Made by a program: the position numbers and the translations under genes. The notes under the pieces are model-generated. The model had not been told where the DNA came from, searched no databases, and saw nothing but the letters and a program-made list of their open reading frames with translations. Shown in pieces: positions 37,908 through 40,604 of a stretch of 40,604 bases of DNA (positions are counted from its first letter, which is position 1; every line of letters begins with the position of its first letter). The stretch is from Burkholderiaceae bacterium (GTDB lineage: Bacteria; Pseudomonadota; Gammaproteobacteria; Burkholderiales; Burkholderiaceae): positions 1 through 40,604 of the forward strand of contig CANBPJ010000001.1 of the NCBI GenBank assembly GCA_947371415.1, in the 5' to 3' direction.

Positions 37908-39920
37908 TTAACTTGAACGTGGGTTCAACTTGAGGTGCCTCATGGATTGGGTAACCAACACCAAACCAAAGCCTACAAATCCAATCAGATCTGCCTCGGT
38001 AGATGGGTAAGCAAGTGCAACGCCAGCGATTACCATGATGATGCGCTCAAAGGTTTTGGTCTTTTCAATAAACCAACCTTGGAGACCGCCAGCCAAACAG
38101 ATGATACCAACCACAGCTGTAAATGACACCCAAGCAATTTGCATCCAATCAGCTTGCTCTAGTGCTGCTGTTGAGCCCATTAACAATAAGCTCACACCGG
38201 ACTTGTCGAGCACAAACATGAAGGGCACCAAAATGGCTGGTGCAACATACTTCCAGGTTTGCAATGTCGTCTTATAGGGGTTGCCTTTACAAATCGCCGC
38301 TGCAGCAAAGGGCGAGAGCGCTGTTGGAGGGGATACCTCAGAAAGCACGGCATAGTAAAAGATAAACATGTGCGCTGCAAACTCTGGCACGCCAAGGTTG
38401 ATCAAAGCGGGTGCTGCGATTACAGCGCAGATGATGTAGGAAGCGGTTACTGGAACTGCAAGGCCAACAACCCACACTACGAGACCAGTAAAGATGGCGG
38501 TAAGCAAGAGTGAGCCGCCTGCATATTGAATCACAATGGAGCTGAACTTCAGGCCTAAGCCAGTCAAAGTCACTGTACCCACAATCAAGCCTGCGCCGGC
38601 ACAAGTCACTGCAATGGCGAGTACACCAGTAGAGCCAGATGCAAGTGCTTTAGTGAGGTTGGAGTTATAAAGACCTGAGAATACCTTCTCCTTACCTTGG
38701 AACCAATCCCAAGGAATGATGGCGGTATCACGACGGAGCATGCTGGAAAGGGCTGAAACAACAGTCGCCCAGAACACTGACATGACTGGCGAGAAACCAA
38801 ACATCATGAAGACCACAATAGAAATCAATGAGAAGAAGTGGAACCAATATTTTTTGGTCAATTGCCAAGCGCTTTCGGCTGCTTGGAAATGGATATTCTT
38901 CATGCCATATTTACGAACATCAATCTCTACCATGACCAACAGGCCAAGGTAAAACAGAATGGTTGGGATGGTTGCCATCAGCAACACATCTAAGTAGGAG
39001 ATCTTCAGGAAGTCAGCAATCAAGAATGCCGCCGCACCAAGAACTGGAGGGGAGATGATGGCACCTAAACCGCCAGCCGCCAATAATCCACCGGCAGCAT
39101 TTTTCTCGTAACCGACTTTATCGAGCATGGGAGCAGCTACAGAACCTACAGTCACGGTAGTGGCAACACCAGAACCTGAAGGACCGCCCAATAGAAATGA
39201 GGAAAGCACGATTGTTCTGCCAACACCTGAGGATTTGCCGCCCATAGCCGCAAAAGAGAAGTCGATAAAGAATTTACCTGCGCCAGTGAACTGCAAGAAA
39301 GCGCCAAAAATAGTAAAGAGAATGATCAATGTTGCTGATACATCCACTGCCGTGCCATAAATGCCCTCAAGGGTCATGTACATGTAGCCGACTAGACGAT
39401 CAAGATCGTAGCCTTTATGTGTCCATGGCGCTGGCAAGTAGTTGCCAAATAAAGCGTATAGCAAGAATAAAGAGGTAACCACCACTAAGACCATGCCGTT
39501 GGTTCTTCTCACGCTTTCGAGGATCAAGGCAATGAGAAAGACGCCAACCATGACATCGGTTGAGTTCGGAGCAGTATTGCGATCAAAGAGATCATCGCCG
39601 CCATTCAAAATGTAATAAGCGACAAAAACTGAGCCAATAGCAAATAAGATATCCCACCACATCAAGCGGTTTTTAAAGCGGGCCGCAATCGGGAAGCTTA
39701 GGAAAACTAAGAACAGTACTAAAGCTACGTGGATTACGCGAAGCTGCTGTGTAGGCACGATGGAGTAGGCGGCATACAAATGAAAGAGTGACATGCCAAC
39801 AGCCACTAGGGTGATGAACTTGGCCAAGAGACCCTTGTAGTCATTGGAATCACCTTCCTCTTGCTTGATGAAGGCGTCTAGTTTTTCTTGTGTTTCGTTG
39901 TCAATCACGGATTGCGTCAT
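37908..39920 (-). CDS. TAXI-type TRAP transporter, fused 4TM/12TM permease
   Basis: EGIYG, F.IFGAFL..TG.G.FF, SGSGVA, PPVLGAAAF, FIFYYAVLSEVSPP. Confidence 0.92.
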   Translation of the reverse strand: MTQSVIDNETQEKLDAFIKQEEGDSNDYKGLLAKFITLVAVGMSLFHLYAAYSIVPTQQLRVIHVALVLFLVFLSFPIAARFKNRLMWWDILFAIGSVFVAYYILNGGDDLFDRNTAPNSTDVMVGVFLIALILESVRRTNGMVLVVVTSLFLLYALFGNYLPAPWTHKGYDLDRLVGYMYMTLEGIYGTAVDVSATLIILFTIFGAFLQFTGAGKFFIDFSFAAMGGKSSGVGRTIVLSSFLLGGPSGSGVATTVTVGSVAAPMLDKVGYEKNAAGGLLAAGGLGAIISPPVLGAAAFLIADFLKISYLDVLLMATIPTILFYLGLLVMVEIDVRKYGMKNIHFQAAESAWQLTKKYWFHFFSLISIVVFMMFGFSPVMSVFWATVVSALSSMLRRDTAIIPWDWFQGKEKVFSGLYNSNLTKALASGSTGVLAIAVTCAGAGLIVGTVTLTGLGLKFSSIVIQYAGGSLLLTAIFTGLVVWVVGLAVPVTASYIICAVIAAPALINLGVPEFAAHMFIFYYAVLSEVSPPTALSPFAAAAICKGNPYKTTLQTWKYVAPAILVPFMFVLDKSGVSLLLMGSTAALEQADWMQIAWVSFTAVVGIICLAGGLQGWFIEKTKTFERIIMVIAGVALAYPSTEADLIGFVGFGLVLVTQSMRHLKLNPRSS

Positions 39921-39975
39921 GTCTCTACCTATATTTTATATACAGCTTTTTTGGTACCGCTAATTCAGAACTATC

Positions 39976-40008
39976 AAAAACTCAGGAGTGCTTTATGGGC
40001 ACCCCTGA
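39976..40008 (-). terminator. Terminator-like hairpin between the TAXI SBP and permease genes
   Basis: Minus strand TCAGGGGTGC-CCATAAA-GCACTCCTGA followed by GTTTTT. Confidence 0.6.
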
Positions 40009-40016
40009 TGTAGTAA

Positions 40017-40604
40017 TTAATTCAATTTAATATTTTTTTCTTTGAAATACTTTGCTGCGCCTGAGTGATACTGAATTGGCGTGGAGCTTTGCTTTTGATT
40101 CTCAAGGGTTACGTTGATGTATTCCTTATGAGTACGAACCAATTCCAATTTATTGTCAAATACTGCTTTGACAATTTTGTAGGCTTCATCGTCAGGCATA
40201 TTGGCGTTCACTACTAAGATGTTGGCTACGCCAGAAACTTTGTTGTCTTTGCCCATGCCACTGTAGGTTTCTTTTGGGATATTGGCAGCAAAATATAAGT
40301 TGCCATACTTCTTATTCATAGCAACCACTTCTGCAGCGTTGTCCACCATCACAATTTTCATGCCTGGGCTATTGGCCAGATCGGTTACCGCTGCAGTTGG
40401 TAAGCCGCCAACCCAGAAGAACGCATCGATTTTGCGGTCTTTAACGGCATTGACGGACTCTGCTACGCTCAAGCGCTCACGTTTAACATCTTTGTCCTTA
40501 TCAAGACCTGCAGCTTCAAGCAAACGAAATGCCATCACTTCAGTAGCGCTGCCTGGGGCACCAGTACTAATACGCTTGCCTTTTAAGTCTTTCATGGACT
40601 TGAT
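40017..40604 (-). CDS. TAXI family TRAP solute-binding protein (5' part outside the window)
   Basis: IKSMKDLKGKRISTGAPGSATE, IDAFFW.GGLP, IP..TY.G, H.GA.KYF; frame open to the window edge. Confidence 0.92.
   Translation of the reverse strand: MKSMKDLKGKRISTGAPGSATEVMAFRLLEAAGLDKDKDVKRERLSVAESVNAVKDRKIDAFFWVGGLPTAAVTDLANSPGMKIVMVDNAAEVVAMNKKYGNLYFAANIPKETYSGMGKDNKVSGVANILVVNANMPDDEAYKIVKAVFDNKLELVRTHKEYINVTLENQKQSSTPIQYHSGAAKYFKEKNIKLN

Noticed and set aside
395-39360. Many 60-150 aa alternative-frame or antisense ORFs in the track (e.g. 395-685, 6329-6619, 12842-13291, 29456-29887, 38035-38277)
   Set aside because: They lie within well-supported genes, have no recognisable motifs, and look like shadow ORFs.
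1-40604. CRISPR arrays, tRNA/rRNA, IS/integrase, prophage or defence genes, frameshifted pseudogenes
   Set aside because: No repeat-spacer periodicity, no recombinase/transposase/nuclease motifs, intergenic gaps are short and mostly explained, and the recognised ORFs appear intact. Small RNAs cannot be excluded without an Infernal/Rfam scan.

Overview
Gene-dense bacterial chromosomal window, with GC in the mid-40s % by eye and very short or overlapping intergenic gaps. Bug/TctC proteins and the ccoIS-ccoNOQP-ccoGH-fnr order point to a streamlined Burkholderiaceae betaproteobacterium, most likely Polynucleobacter-like (inference). From left to right: (1) 1-6821, a light/oxidative-stress cluster with a DASH cryptochrome (5'-truncated), an Fe-S bacterial cryptochrome/photolyase and eight poorly characterised genes; (2) qor, a secreted MBL-fold hydrolase and two orphan solute-binding proteins; (3) a complete System I cytochrome c maturation operon, ccmABCDEFGHI; (4) an SDR divergent from a doubly membrane-anchored TAXI-like receptor, a Bug protein, a 2OG-Fe(II) dioxygenase and an MFS transporter; (5) the cbb3 oxidase locus with a perfect class II FNR promoter, fnr and a TauE/DsbD_2-like gene (ccoS and ccoQ are absent from the ORF track and were read manually); (6) SulP, DUF2177, a USP, an M23 peptidase, a mandelate-racemase-family enzyme with a candidate second FNR promoter, and a TAXI-TRAP transporter running off the end. 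No rRNA, tRNA, CRISPR array or mobile element was seen. The best candidates for undescribed systems are the photolyase-linked DUF cluster and the membrane-anchored TAXI receptor/dioxygenase/MFS unit. All family names come from motif recognition, not database searches.
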